Sequence record: NC_015287.1
Length of the DNA: 64,000 bases
Strand: one strand, 5' to 3'
Translations under genes and position numbers: made by a program
Part shown: piece by piece, positions 55,340 through 64,000 of the stretch
How the letters are laid out: each line of letters begins with the position of its first letter
How positions within the stretch are numbered: the first letter of the stretch is position 1
Notes under the pieces: generated by a model
Databases searched by the model: none
The model's input: the letters and a program-made list of their open reading frames with translations, nothing else
What the model was told of the DNA's origin: nothing

Positions 55340-55562
55340 AAGAGACCCTATCACAGGATTATGGAAAAGTCCTAAACCTGTAGAAATGCCTGAATACGTT
55401 AAAAACTTGAAAAAGGATGAATATCAGTATCCTTACCTTCATCCTCAACTTCGCCTAGAGTTGAGACAACTTATTAACGATATTTTGGATGAAAGAGAGT
55501 TACAAAAGAAATTAGACGGTCCTTATGATTTTCCAGAGGACGTATTAGACGGATTATGCTAA
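55332..55562 (+). CDS. Hypothetical protein
   Basis: ATG 55332 overlapping psbN-like stop. Confidence 0.55.
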   Translation: MTERDPITGLWKSPKPVEMPEYVKNLKKDEYQYPYLHPQLRLELRQLINDILDERELQKKLDGPYDFPEDVLDGLC

Positions 55563-56017
55563 AAATAAAGACTATTGGAGATAGATGCCTAAGGCAGAAA
55601 TCAGAAGAAGTAGAATTTGACAAAAAAGAGATGTCGGAACTCTACGATCAGATGTGTGAAGCAATGTGGGCATCTGATGGTATTGGTCTTGCTGCACCAC
55701 AGGTAGGAATCAATAAAAGAGTCATTGTGGTAGATGAGACTACAGAGGAACACGGTAAATATGCTCATTTGATGGTAAATCCCAAAATAACGTGGAAAAG
55801 TGAAGAAAAGGTGTTATTTGATGAAGGGTGTCTGAGTGTGCCAGACCAAAATGGGGAAGTTTTACGTCCTAAGTCAATAAAAGTAACCTTCCAAAATAAA
55901 GATGGTAAATATAAGAAATGGAAACTAGATGGCCTTGCTGCAAGGGTGGTTCAGCACGAAATTGACCATTTAGAAGGTATTTTATTTGTGGATTACTTCA
56001 ATGATAAAGAAAATTAA
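55556..56017 (+). CDS. def: Peptide deformylase
   Basis: GIGLAAPQVG, EGCLS, QHEIDHLEG. Confidence 0.95.
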   Translation: MLKIKTIGDRCLRQKSEEVEFDKKEMSELYDQMCEAMWASDGIGLAAPQVGINKRVIVVDETTEEHGKYAHLMVNPKITWKSEEKVLFDEGCLSVPDQNGEVLRPKSIKVTFQNKDGKYKKWKLDGLAARVVQHEIDHLEGILFVDYFNDKEN

Positions 56018-56147
56018 ATCACTTGTCGAAAAAGTCTTAGAAAGCTTTATAAAAGACAAAAAACACGAAATGAACAATACTCCTTTTAAGTGGGATAATG
56101 AATACTCATTCCACCCCGCTGGACAAAAGGATAAAGATACACTATAA
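56001..56147 (+). CDS. Small hypothetical protein
   Basis: MIKKIKSLVEKV...KDTL*, 48 aa, fills def-ho1 gap. Confidence 0.45.
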   Translation: MIKKIKSLVEKVLESFIKDKKHEMNNTPFKWDNEYSFHPAGQKDKDTL

Positions 56148-56154
56148 TCTCATC

Positions 56155-56851
56155 ATGACTTTACTAACATTTTCTAAAGCAATCAAGAAGGGAACTCAAA
56201 AATCCCATACTATGGCAGAAAACACAGGGTTCGTCACGAACTTTCTTGCTGGTGTAGTGGATAAGGAGAGTTACAAACAACTTATTGCTGATTTTTTTCT
56301 TCATTTACACTGCTCTTGAAGAACAGATAGATGAATTTAAAGATGATTCTTTCATTAGACCTATAGCGTTTGATGAACTTAGACGTGTTCCCGCTCTTGA
56401 AAAAGATTGTGAGTTCTATTGGGGTGAAAACTGGAGAGATACTATTTCTCCTACAGATGCTTGTAAGAACTACGTCAACAGAGTCAAAAAGATCAATGCT
56501 AAGTTCTTAGTGGGACATCACTATACACGTTACCTTGGTGACTTATCTGGTGGTCAGATACTTAGGAATATTGCTGATAAATCAATGGGTCTCAATGGAC
56601 AAGGCCTTGCTTTTTATGAGTTTGATGAAATTGATGATGCAAAATCATTTAAGAACAAGTATAGGACTGCTTTAGATAATCTCCCTCTCAGTAAACCCGA
56701 TGAACAACTGGTTATTGCGGAAGCAAATTACGCATTTAGGTTGAACATGGATGTTTTTGATGAAATTGGGTCTAAACAAAGATTTCCTTTGTTATCTACT
56801 ATTAGGAGTCTTTTCCAGCTAACATGGAGTTCTATCAAGTCTAAAAAATGA
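56155..56851 (+). pseudogene. ho1: Heme oxygenase split by a frameshift in a T7 run (56292-56298)
   Basis: Frame A: KGTQKSHTMAENTGFV...YKQLIAD; frame B: FFIYTALEE...HHYTRYLGDLSGGQIL...EANYAFRLN. Removing one T joins them. Confidence 0.85.
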
Positions 56852-57150
56852 TTACAATTATACTGAGTAACATAGTTCTTTATGTTATACTAAGAATTCA
56901 TCTGGTTCGCAAATTCCGAACTACCTATTCAATCTATCTTAAAGATGAGAACGGTAATAGGCAAACTCTTGCTCATACCATTGCATATCTTTTAGAAACT
57001 GTAGAGATACAGAACAAAAAGATTGCATATTTGGTATCAGAAATGGAAAAGCAATGGATGACTATTGAACAAGTAAAAATTGTTACTGGTGCTGATAAAT
57101 ATTGCACCGAACACCCAGAAAGACCCCCAGAGGACATTGAAAGACTATGA
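56848..57150 (+). CDS. Membrane-anchored hypothetical protein
   Basis: N-terminal TM; ATGA-coupled. Confidence 0.55.
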   Translation: MITIILSNIVLYVILRIHLVRKFRTTYSIYLKDENGNRQTLAHTIAYLLETVEIQNKKIAYLVSEMEKQWMTIEQVKIVTGADKYCTEHPERPPEDIERL

Positions 57151-57341
57151 AAGATCAAGGTAAAATAGATGTCCACGAATCGCAAGATGTAAAGTGGAAT
57201 CGTGGACTCGATATCTTTATTGAGTCTGTAATGGAACCAGATCACGCTTTGCGTGGTTGTGCCCATAATCAAGGTTGCTACAACGAACTCATGTGGGTTC
57301 GTGAGGATGTTTTAAATTACTTAAAAACACTACGAAGGTGA
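57147..57341 (+). CDS. Conserved cyanophage hypothetical protein
   Basis: WNRGLDIFIESV..PD..LRGCAHNQ.CY. Confidence 0.7.
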   Translation: MKDQGKIDVHESQDVKWNRGLDIFIESVMEPDHALRGCAHNQGCYNELMWVREDVLNYLKTLRR

Positions 57342-57465
57342 ATCTAGAAGAACAACTTTTAATTATTAGAAAGTTAAGAGAATCTGGATGTTATGATTCC
57401 AAAGCGTATTTTTACTTAACTCCTTTGTTAAATAGTAAAACACGGAGTAGAGAAAAAGAGCGAAA

Positions 57466-57630
57466 ATGTTGGACGAAATCACTAGAAAAGATCAGAGAAG
57501 CACAGCAAAACGACTAATAAAGGTTGCAAAAAAACATCCTAACTGGTATACTGAAGAGGACGTAAAATACGCCAAGTTGATAAAGAAACTTTACAAAAAA
57601 CCCAAACCAAATGATGAAAATCTTTCTTGA
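57466..57630 (+). CDS. Small basic protein (absent from ORF track)
   Basis: MLDEITRKDQRSTAKRLIKVAKKHPNWYT...*, 54 aa; TAAATA at 57429-34. Confidence 0.5.
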   Translation: MLDEITRKDQRSTAKRLIKVAKKHPNWYTEEDVKYAKLIKKLYKKPKPNDENLS

Positions 57631-58264
57631 TACAGCAGAATATGATGAAATCGCCAAACGTGACCAGTCGGGTCTGATCGATGGCGTAACTACAAACCCT
57701 ACACTTATCCGAAAAAGCGGTAGAGACCCTGTAGAGGTCATCAGACAACTCTCTCAGGACTTCCCTCATTTTGAGTCAATTTCTGCTGAGGTTGTTGCAG
57801 ATAATGCTCTTGACATGATTAAACAGGCTCAAGTCTTCAAAGAGATGAAGAATGTGACCATCAAAGTCCCATGTACAGTTGAAGGACTGAAAGCATGTAA
57901 GTTACTTGTTTCTGATGGGTTCACTACTAATGTCACTTTGGTATTTTCTGTATCCCAGGCGATTCTTGCTGCAAAAGCAGATGCAACATACGTTTCTCCT
58001 TTTGTCGGAAGATTGAATGACAATTCCTTCTCTGGGGTTGCTTTGGTTCAATCAATCGCTTCTGTATATCGTGAACATCTTGCAAGAACTCAGGTTCTTT
58101 CCGCATCTTTGAGAGACGTTCATCATGTAGGACGTTGTTTTGGTGCTGGTAGTGACGTTTGTACATTACCTGTGGGTGTATTCGACAAGATGTACAATCA
58201 TATCCTTACAGACAAGGGACTTGACCTGTTCCAGAAAGATTGGGACTCAATTCAGAAAAACTGA
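57611..58264 (+). CDS. talC: Transaldolase (TalC/FSA family)
   Basis: FLDTA, GVTTNPTLI, IKVP, NVTLVFS, YVSPFVGRL, ASLR. Confidence 0.95.
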   Translation: MMKIFLDTAEYDEIAKRDQSGLIDGVTTNPTLIRKSGRDPVEVIRQLSQDFPHFESISAEVVADNALDMIKQAQVFKEMKNVTIKVPCTVEGLKACKLLVSDGFTTNVTLVFSVSQAILAAKADATYVSPFVGRLNDNSFSGVALVQSIASVYREHLARTQVLSASLRDVHHVGRCFGAGSDVCTLPVGVFDKMYNHILTDKGLDLFQKDWDSIQKN

Positions 58265-58473
58265 TGGCATTATCTAAACAAGTAGAAGACAGTATGAAAG
58301 AGGCAGAGAGAAACATTCGAGAAGCTCTCGCCTTTGCTGCACGAACAGAGAGACCCTATATTTGTAGGGAACTTGGTGGTATGTTATCTCATATCGAAAA
58401 TTTGATGACTACTGATGGGCTTTTTGATAAACTAGATAAAGCAATTAAAGAGAGCAAGGAAGACGATGAGTGA
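58264..58473 (+). CDS. Conserved hypothetical protein
   Basis: MALSKQVEDS...ALAFAARTE. Confidence 0.65.
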   Translation: MALSKQVEDSMKEAERNIREALAFAARTERPYICRELGGMLSHIENLMTTDGLFDKLDKAIKESKEDDE

Positions 58474-58663
58474 CTGGCGATATAATGACGAACGTATGCA
58501 ACTTCGAGCAGACTCTTTCATTGCACTCAAAAAATACAACACTCTCAAAAATGTCCGACACCTCTACGAATTCTGCCACATCTGGGTATCTCAAGGGAAA
58601 CAATCCACAGACGGAATCGAAGACGCTTTTCTTAGATACCGAGAAAACTGTAGCAATCCGTGA
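58466..58663 (+). CDS. Conserved hypothetical protein
   Basis: MSDWRYNDERM...LYEFCH.WV. Confidence 0.65.
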   Translation: MSDWRYNDERMQLRADSFIALKKYNTLKNVRHLYEFCHIWVSQGKQSTDGIEDAFLRYRENCSNP

Positions 58664-58865
58664 AGGTTCGATAGTTAGTGTACCCGAAGTTCTAGGTGGT
58701 AAACCACTGGAAGGTCGGGTCATTTTTATAGGTGACAAACCTTCTAGAGGATTAGATAATAGAAAGTTATCTAGATATTTTACAGTATGCTTCAATGAAA
58801 ATACACTCGGAGCTCTATTAGTTTTTGATTTTGAGTGGCAAAAAGTAGGAGTAATTCATTTTTAA
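58470..58865 (+). CDS. Hypothetical protein (probably only the 3' half is coding)
   Basis: SH3-like IREGSIV...GRVIF...YFTVC; 5' part overlaps 58466..58663. Confidence 0.4.
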   Translation: MTGDIMTNVCNFEQTLSLHSKNTTLSKMSDTSTNSATSGYLKGNNPQTESKTLFLDTEKTVAIREGSIVSVPEVLGGKPLEGRVIFIGDKPSRGLDNRKLSRYFTVCFNENTLGALLVFDFEWQKVGVIHF

Positions 58866-58868
58866 CAC

Positions 58869-59117
58869 ATGTTTATAATTTACGGAAAAAACAAATGTCC
58901 AATGTGCTATAAGGTCAAAACAGTCTTTGAACTGTTAGGAAGAGACTATGAGTACAAGGAATTGGATAAAGACTATACCGCAGAAGAGTTTGAAGAGAAG
59001 TTTCCTGACGTTATTGAGTTGCCTCAAGTAATGTTAGACAACAAAGTCATTGGAAATGCTAATCAAACATTAAAATATCTGAAAGAACATAGGGTTTATT
59101 CCAATGATGCCTCCTGA
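58869..59117 (+). CDS. Glutaredoxin (second copy)
   Basis: YGKNKCPMC, LPQV, IG. Confidence 0.88.
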   Translation: MFIIYGKNKCPMCYKVKTVFELLGRDYEYKELDKDYTAEEFEEKFPDVIELPQVMLDNKVIGNANQTLKYLKEHRVYSNDAS

Positions 59118-59265
59118 CATGGACATAAATAAGGGCGTAGAACTTATACTCCGAGGAGAGAGACAACCTAAACCCCAAAACAAACCAAGGTTCTTCGATT
59201 TTAAACTGAGTCTATTTGGCAGAGAGTTTAGATTATCGTTGGACATAAAAAAGAAACAGCCTTAG
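59104..59265 (+). CDS. Small hypothetical protein (absent from ORF track)
   Basis: MMPPDMDINKGVELILRG...SLDIKKKQP*, 53 aa. Confidence 0.5.
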   Translation: MMPPDMDINKGVELILRGERQPKPQNKPRFFDFKLSLFGREFRLSLDIKKKQP

Positions 59266-59274
59266 GAGGTCAAA

Positions 59275-59502
59275 ATGGAAACCACTGTACTTCTTGTCAT
59301 GTTTAGTATACTTTGCTTTACGTTTCTGTTATTAGGTGGTATAATTGGCTGGTTAGCCCAACAAAACAATTACGTCCAGATGCAGAATCAGGCGTATACG
59401 CATCCTGAGATGTATGATGAAAATGGAATGTTAATTCCCGATGAAATAGTAGCCGTGAGGTTTGAAAACAATGACGACAGCGAAGAAGACGACGAGGACT
59501 AG
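59275..59502 (+). CDS. Single-pass membrane protein
   Basis: AGGAGG RBS; TM then HPEMYDENG..IPDEIVAVRFE. Confidence 0.7.
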   Translation: METTVLLVMFSILCFTFLLLGGIIGWLAQQNNYVQMQNQAYTHPEMYDENGMLIPDEIVAVRFENNDDSEEDDED

Positions 59503-60046
59503 ATCAACGTCAACTAGGAAGAAAAGCACTTCCACTCGCAAAACTGCAACAAAACCAAGGACTGTGACAGTTAAAAAGAAAGAACTGCCACCCAATCCTA
59601 TGGTTCATGAACTCTTAGAAGCAGTCGATTCTGAAAGAGTAAAGGCTAAAAAGTTAGAGCTTCTTCGCACTCATGGTGATGACTCTTTCAAAATGGTTAT
59701 GATTTGGAACTTTGATGAGTCAGTCATCTCCGTACTTCCAGAGGGAGATGTCCCATATCAACCTGTAGAAGGTGATGTGCAGGCATCTAAAGAACAGGGG
59801 GTTCCTCAGAGAACAACTATCCGTAATGCCGCAAGGCAGTTCTACCGCTTTGTGAAGGGTGGAGACGACCAACTTAACAAGATCAAGAGAGAATCTATTT
59901 TTATCAATATTCTCCAGACTCTACCTCAACCAGAGGCAGAAATCCTTGTTCTTGTAAAAGACAAAGCTCTCAATACCAAGTATAATATCACTAAAGAGTT
60001 AGTGTCAGAAGCCTATCCAGAAATTACATGGGGGAACCGAAGTTGA
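59471..60046 (+). CDS. Conserved T4-like cyanophage protein
   Basis: LPEGDVPY, FVKGG, FINILQTL..PEAEIL..KDK, YPEITWG. Confidence 0.75.
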   Translation: MTTAKKTTRTRSTSTRKKSTSTRKTATKPRTVTVKKKELPPNPMVHELLEAVDSERVKAKKLELLRTHGDDSFKMVMIWNFDESVISVLPEGDVPYQPVEGDVQASKEQGVPQRTTIRNAARQFYRFVKGGDDQLNKIKRESIFINILQTLPQPEAEILVLVKDKALNTKYNITKELVSEAYPEITWGNRS

Positions 60047-60327
60047 AAATCTTACACGAAGATTGCGATCCAAAACTAGCACAAAACACAAAGTTGCCAT
60101 ATACGGCATATCTTGTGGAATATCAAAAGGATGGCAAAGTGTGTTATGACATAACCTTATGTCAAAAACAAGTAGAAATGTTCGATTACTACTACGACAA
60201 GTACAAAAATGGATTGCAGTCTTGGGTTCAAACTAAAGGCACAATCAATCCTAAACTCTGGAATGAGGACATGCTCAATCCAGATAAGAAAAAAACTTCT
60301 AACAAGAAACCACAAAAACGTAAATGA
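60043..60327 (+). CDS. Conserved hypothetical protein
   Basis: KILHEDCDP..LPYTAYLVEY..FDYYYD..INPKLW. Confidence 0.7.
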   Translation: MKILHEDCDPKLAQNTKLPYTAYLVEYQKDGKVCYDITLCQKQVEMFDYYYDKYKNGLQSWVQTKGTINPKLWNEDMLNPDKKKTSNKKPQKRK

Positions 60328-60494
60328 TTAATCCTATGAGTGTTGTGAAAAATGTGAGAACCTCATACAGCAGATTCTTACAGAAAAACATCAAGGAAGT
60401 AGAAGTGCAGTTCGAGAATGAAGACCCTGCATGGATTCCATATGATACTTTGTTGGCTATGATGAACTTTGAGGGGGATATTTTAAATGGGTGA
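60324..60494 (+). CDS. Small hypothetical protein (absent from ORF track)
   Basis: MINPMSVVK...EVEVQFENEDPAWIPYDTL..*, 56 aa. Confidence 0.55.
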   Translation: MINPMSVVKNVRTSYSRFLQKNIKEVEVQFENEDPAWIPYDTLLAMMNFEGDILNG

Positions 60495-60732
60495 ATATAG
60501 TGGATCTTCTCCTATGGGAGATGGTAGAAACGTCGCTGGTAGTAAATACACTGGTGATGCCAAACAAGGTAAGGTTGAAATCAATCAAGAAGAGTATAAG
60601 AAGGTATTAAAGAAGTATAAAAAAATCAAGAAGTACATGAGATCCAGTCTCTTTGAGATTCGCACTATGGATGGTACTGAAAAAGTAGTGTCTCAATTAA
60701 ACAAAGAAGCGAATGAAATTGAAGGTAATTGA
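60487..60732 (+). CDS. Hypothetical protein
   Basis: EINQEEYKKVLKKYKKIKKYMRSSLF. Confidence 0.6.
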   Translation: MGEYSGSSPMGDGRNVAGSKYTGDAKQGKVEINQEEYKKVLKKYKKIKKYMRSSLFEIRTMDGTEKVVSQLNKEANEIEGN

Positions 60733-61195
60733 TGATTTCTTAAAACCAGATGATTATGAAGTCCTCCGCAAAATGATGATGGAGGACTCTTCGTTTCAAT
60801 GGCAGTTTGCTCAGGGTGTGAATACACCTGATGATGGTTATTATCAATTTTGTCATGTGTTTTATGCACAGTTTGAACCTAGAAGTCCTTTCTTCTACAA
60901 TCTTATGCCACTCATAAATGAGTTGGAACCTGTCTCAATCGTCAGGATCAAAGCCAATCTAAATATGAGAACACCCGAAAGGCAAGAATATGATCTTCAC
61001 ACAGATGTTGACGATTGTATCACTTCGATATATTATGTAAATACTAATGATGGTTACACACGATTTGAAGATGGTACAAAGGTTGACAGTATAGCAAATA
61101 GGATGGTAGTATTTAACTCAAATACTTTACATGCTGGATGCTCCCCGACTGATACCCTTCGTAGGTGCGTAATTAACCTTAATTACTTCATCTAA
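60713..61195 (+). CDS. 2OG-Fe(II) oxygenase-like protein
   Basis: VIDDFL, RIKANL, LHTD, IYYVNTNDG.T, NRMVVF...HAG, RCVINLNY. Confidence 0.78.
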   Translation: MKLKVIDDFLKPDDYEVLRKMMMEDSSFQWQFAQGVNTPDDGYYQFCHVFYAQFEPRSPFFYNLMPLINELEPVSIVRIKANLNMRTPERQEYDLHTDVDDCITSIYYVNTNDGYTRFEDGTKVDSIANRMVVFNSNTLHAGCSPTDTLRRCVINLNYFI

Positions 61196-61196
61196 C

Positions 61197-61346
61197 ATGG
61201 AAAAAGCAAAACTCAAACTCATTGTAAAGAATTTAAAATTACTCGTAGAGGCACTTGAATCTGAAGTTTATTCAGACCTAGACCAATATGCCCCCACTGG
61301 TGAAAAACAAAAAGTGACGTATAGCGATCAAATCGAAGAATTATGA
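61197..61346 (+). CDS. Small hypothetical protein (absent from ORF track)
   Basis: MEKAKLKLIVKNLKLLVEALESEVYSD..*, 49 aa. Confidence 0.55.
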   Translation: MEKAKLKLIVKNLKLLVEALESEVYSDLDQYAPTGEKQKVTYSDQIEEL

Positions 61347-62056
61347 CAGTTGGACTCGTAAGTGTGACACCAGATGCAGAAAAAACAATGGCACATATTG
61401 CCAGAGTTTCTAACCCATCTAATCAAGATAATCCTAAGTTTGCTGGACTTCTCAAGTATTGTATCCAACATCAACATTGGTCAGTATTTGAACAGTCTAC
61501 CATGACTTTAGAAATAGAAACAACTAGAGCAATAGCGGCTCAAATTTTGAGGCATCGTAGTTTCACATTTCAAGAGTTTTCACAAAGATATGCTGATAGT
61601 TCTCAATTAGGAGTCATTCCGATTCCAGAATATAGGAGACAGGATACAAAGAATCGTCAGAACTCTACTGACGATCTTGATCCATTTATTAAGCAGAAAA
61701 TGGAATTGCAGACAAAGACCTTGTTTGACTCTGCAACTGCATTATATGAACAGATGTTGAAAGAAGGCGTTGCAAAGGAATGTGCTAGAATGGTGCTGCC
61801 CCTCGCCACGCCGACAAGAATCTACATGACAGGATCATGCCGTTCATGGATTCATTATATTAATCTGAGATCTGCACATGGCACACAAAAGGAACACATG
61901 GATATTGCAGAAGCCTGTAAAAAGGTTTTTATAGAACAGTTTCCTATTGTGTCTGAAGCACTTGGTTGGAATAACACTCTAGTCCAAGATTTAGTTGAAA
62001 ATGTAAAACAAACTGCCGAAAAGGCCAAAGAAGCACTTCACGGAGAAAAAACTTAA
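61343..62056 (+). CDS. thyX: Flavin-dependent thymidylate synthase
   Basis: HWSVFE, QILRHRSFTFQEFSQRY, ARMVLP, RSWIHYINLR. Confidence 0.96.
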   Translation: MTVGLVSVTPDAEKTMAHIARVSNPSNQDNPKFAGLLKYCIQHQHWSVFEQSTMTLEIETTRAIAAQILRHRSFTFQEFSQRYADSSQLGVIPIPEYRRQDTKNRQNSTDDLDPFIKQKMELQTKTLFDSATALYEQMLKEGVAKECARMVLPLATPTRIYMTGSCRSWIHYINLRSAHGTQKEHMDIAEACKKVFIEQFPIVSEALGWNNTLVQDLVENVKQTAEKAKEALHGEKT

Positions 62057-62325
62057 TGGCAACGTACCCTGTAGTCAACATAAAAACTGGTGAACAGAAG
62101 GATGTAAAGATGAGTGTCCATGACTGGGATAAATGGAAAGAGGATAATCCCGATTGGACAAGGGATTACTCAGATCCATCCACAGTTCCAGGCGTGGGAG
62201 AAGTTGGAGAGTGGAGAGACAAACTCACCAATAAACATCCAGGCTGGGGAGAAATTCTGAAGAAAACAGAAAAAGGAGCTGGAATCAAGGGTCGTTTAGC
62301 CAACAGAGGTATTAATGTCAACTAA
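62056..62325 (+). CDS. Conserved cyanophage hypothetical protein
   Basis: MATYPVVN.KTGEQK..MSV..WD.W...NPDW. Confidence 0.75.
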   Translation: MATYPVVNIKTGEQKDVKMSVHDWDKWKEDNPDWTRDYSDPSTVPGVGEVGEWRDKLTNKHPGWGEILKKTEKGAGIKGRLANRGINVN

Positions 62326-63076
62326 AAAAAGAAGAAACACTAATAGCACTGTAGGTGCTGGGATGACTGCAAAACAGATGCGTAGGAAGAGACCAATCAA
62401 CAATGGTATGTTGGTTGATGTGGAACCTATTACAGATAATCAGAAGATTTTATTTGAAGACTACGCCAAAGGTAAGAATATCTTTGCATATGGATGTGCT
62501 GGAACTGGTAAGACATTTATCAGTTTGTACTTAGCACTGAAAGATGTACTTGACGAAACAACACCATATGATAAGGTGTATATTGTTAGGTCATTGGTCT
62601 CCACAAGAGAGATTGGTTTCTTGCCAGGCGACCATGAGGATAAGTCATCACTCTATCAGATTCCATATAAGAATATGGTAAAGTATATGTTTGAAATGCC
62701 TTCAGACAATGACTTTGAAATGTTATACGGTAATTTGAAAGCACAAGAAACTATTTCATTCTGGAGCACATCATTTATCAGGGGTACAACACTTGATAAT
62801 TGCATTGTGTTAGTAGATGAGATGCAAAACTTGAATTTTCATGAATTAGATAGTATAATAACAAGAGTAGGAGATAACTGTAAAATTATATTTTGTGGTG
62901 ACTCTACTCAAACGGATCTTACAAAATCCAATGAGAAGAATGGCATCCTAGATTTTAAACGTATCATTGAGATCATGGAAGATGATTTCGGTACAGTTGA
63001 ATTTGGTTTAGATGACATTGTTCGCTCTGGTCTAGTAAGAAACTACTTGGTTACTAAACTCGCTTTGTCTTTATAA
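62315..63076 (+). CDS. phoH: PhoH-like ATPase
   Basis: GCAGTGKT, EIGFLPGD, FIRGTTL, VDEMQN, GDSTQTDL, IVRSGLV. Confidence 0.95.
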   Translation: MSTKKRRNTNSTVGAGMTAKQMRRKRPINNGMLVDVEPITDNQKILFEDYAKGKNIFAYGCAGTGKTFISLYLALKDVLDETTPYDKVYIVRSLVSTREIGFLPGDHEDKSSLYQIPYKNMVKYMFEMPSDNDFEMLYGNLKAQETISFWSTSFIRGTTLDNCIVLVDEMQNLNFHELDSIITRVGDNCKIIFCGDSTQTDLTKSNEKNGILDFKRIIEIMEDDFGTVEFGLDDIVRSGLVRNYLVTKLALSL

Positions 63077-63762
63077 TGTTTACACACTTGAATAAACTTG
63101 GTGATTTTGAGTTAGAAGCCAATACCATAGATGGAGTCAGATATTACACTCTTCCGAGTGGAAAGAAGGCTCCTTCTATTACTTCTATAACCAGTTTTTA
63201 TAATCGCCAGACATTCAAGGATTGGCGGAAGAAAGTGGGTGAGGAAGAAGCCAATAAGATCACAAAGGTTGCCACCGACAGGGGGACTAAGTTTCATGAT
63301 CTGGTTGAAAAGTATCTCTTAAATCAAGATGTCAATTCAATGAAGGATATTCTGCCTTCCACTAAAGCGAGGTGGATTGCAGCAAGAGACTCATTGAACA
63401 ATATAGATAATATTCACGCATTGGAAAAGCCCCTATATAGTGAGTACTTCGGTATTGCTGGACGTGTTGATTGCATTGCCGAATATAACGGAGAGTTAGC
63501 GGTAATAGATTTCAAGACATCTAAAAAGATTAAACCAGAGAAGTGGTTAGAAAACTATTTCGTTCAAGAAACTGCATATGCCTGTATGTACTTTGAGATG
63601 ACAGGTATTGCGGTGGAGAAGATTGTGACCTTAATGGTTGCTGATAATGGAGATGTGAAAGTTTATGAAAAAACCAACAAACGTGACTATATTAAGCTTC
63701 TTACCAAGTATATTAAAGAATTCGTCACCCACAAGCTCGGGGAGTATGGAGAAAGAAGTTAA
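63076..63762 (+). CDS. PD-(D/E)XK exonuclease (T4-like phage exonuclease)
   Basis: PSITSI, RGTKFH, AGRVDCIAE, IDFKTS, YFVQETAY. Confidence 0.88.
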   Translation: MFTHLNKLGDFELEANTIDGVRYYTLPSGKKAPSITSITSFYNRQTFKDWRKKVGEEEANKITKVATDRGTKFHDLVEKYLLNQDVNSMKDILPSTKARWIAARDSLNNIDNIHALEKPLYSEYFGIAGRVDCIAEYNGELAVIDFKTSKKIKPEKWLENYFVQETAYACMYFEMTGIAVEKIVTLMVADNGDVKVYEKTNKRDYIKLLTKYIKEFVTHKLGEYGERS

Positions 63763-64000
63763 CGACTTACTAAAAGAGAAATTTCTCGACCAGAACAAGT
63801 TCACTACTGATGTTGAACAACTGGTGCTTAACACCGAGCTCAATTATATTGAAGCAATCATTAGTTATTGTGAAGAGAATAATATTGAGTTCGAGTCAGT
63901 TGGGAAATTAATCTCAAAACCTCTCAAGGATAAATTAAAGGCGGAAGCAACTGAACTGAATTACTTAAAACGTACTTCTAGATCTAAGTTACCGTTATGA
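63746..64000 (+). CDS. gp33: Late transcription coactivator gp33
   Basis: GGAG RBS; NYIEAII.YCEEN.IE.ESV.KLISKPLK.KL..EA..LNYL. Confidence 0.88.
   Translation: MEKEVNDLLKEKFLDQNKFTTDVEQLVLNTELNYIEAIISYCEENNIEFESVGKLISKPLKDKLKAEATELNYLKRTSRSKLPL

Noticed and set aside
63076-63762. Cas4-like nuclease as sign of CRISPR
   Set aside because: No repeat-spacer array or other cas genes seen; lacks the Cas4 Fe-S Cys cluster; ordinary phoH-exonuclease-gp33 context.

Overview
64 kb segment of a T4-like marine cyanophage (cyanomyovirus) genome, AT-rich and mostly + strand. The D1 sequence has Prochlorococcus-like features, so a Prochlorococcus host is plausible but not proven. Layout: primase-nrdA-nrdB (2.3-6.7 kb); tail fibre and membrane/secreted proteins (6.7-13.8 kb); a minus-strand late structural block with a cupredoxin-tipped protein, a subtilase and a fibre (13.9-20.0 kb); large Lys/Glu-rich modular late proteins (20.1-24.9 kb); an accessory region with PMM-like HAD, GIY-YIG nuclease, peroxiredoxin and several Fe(II)/2OG oxygenases (24.9-31 kb); a 12 kb sugar-nucleotide/glycosyltransferase island containing nadE (31.0-42.8 kb); a host-metabolism region (manA-like RNA + OMP-like gene, 2 hli, psbA with PhotoRC-II-like leader, 4 tRNAs, Mom-like enzyme, carbamoyltransferase, tandem glutamine riboswitch-like aptamers, OMP-pstS, psbN-like, def, frameshifted ho1, talC; 42.8-59 kb); then thyX, phoH, exonuclease and gp33. 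The most striking observation is a tandem pair of glutamine-II (Downstream-peptide) riboswitch-like aptamers. The second carries a whole 54-codon ORF inside its P2 loop, with the AUG paired in the P2 stem, upstream of a DUF4278-like peptide. All family names come from motif recognition by eye; no database search was run.
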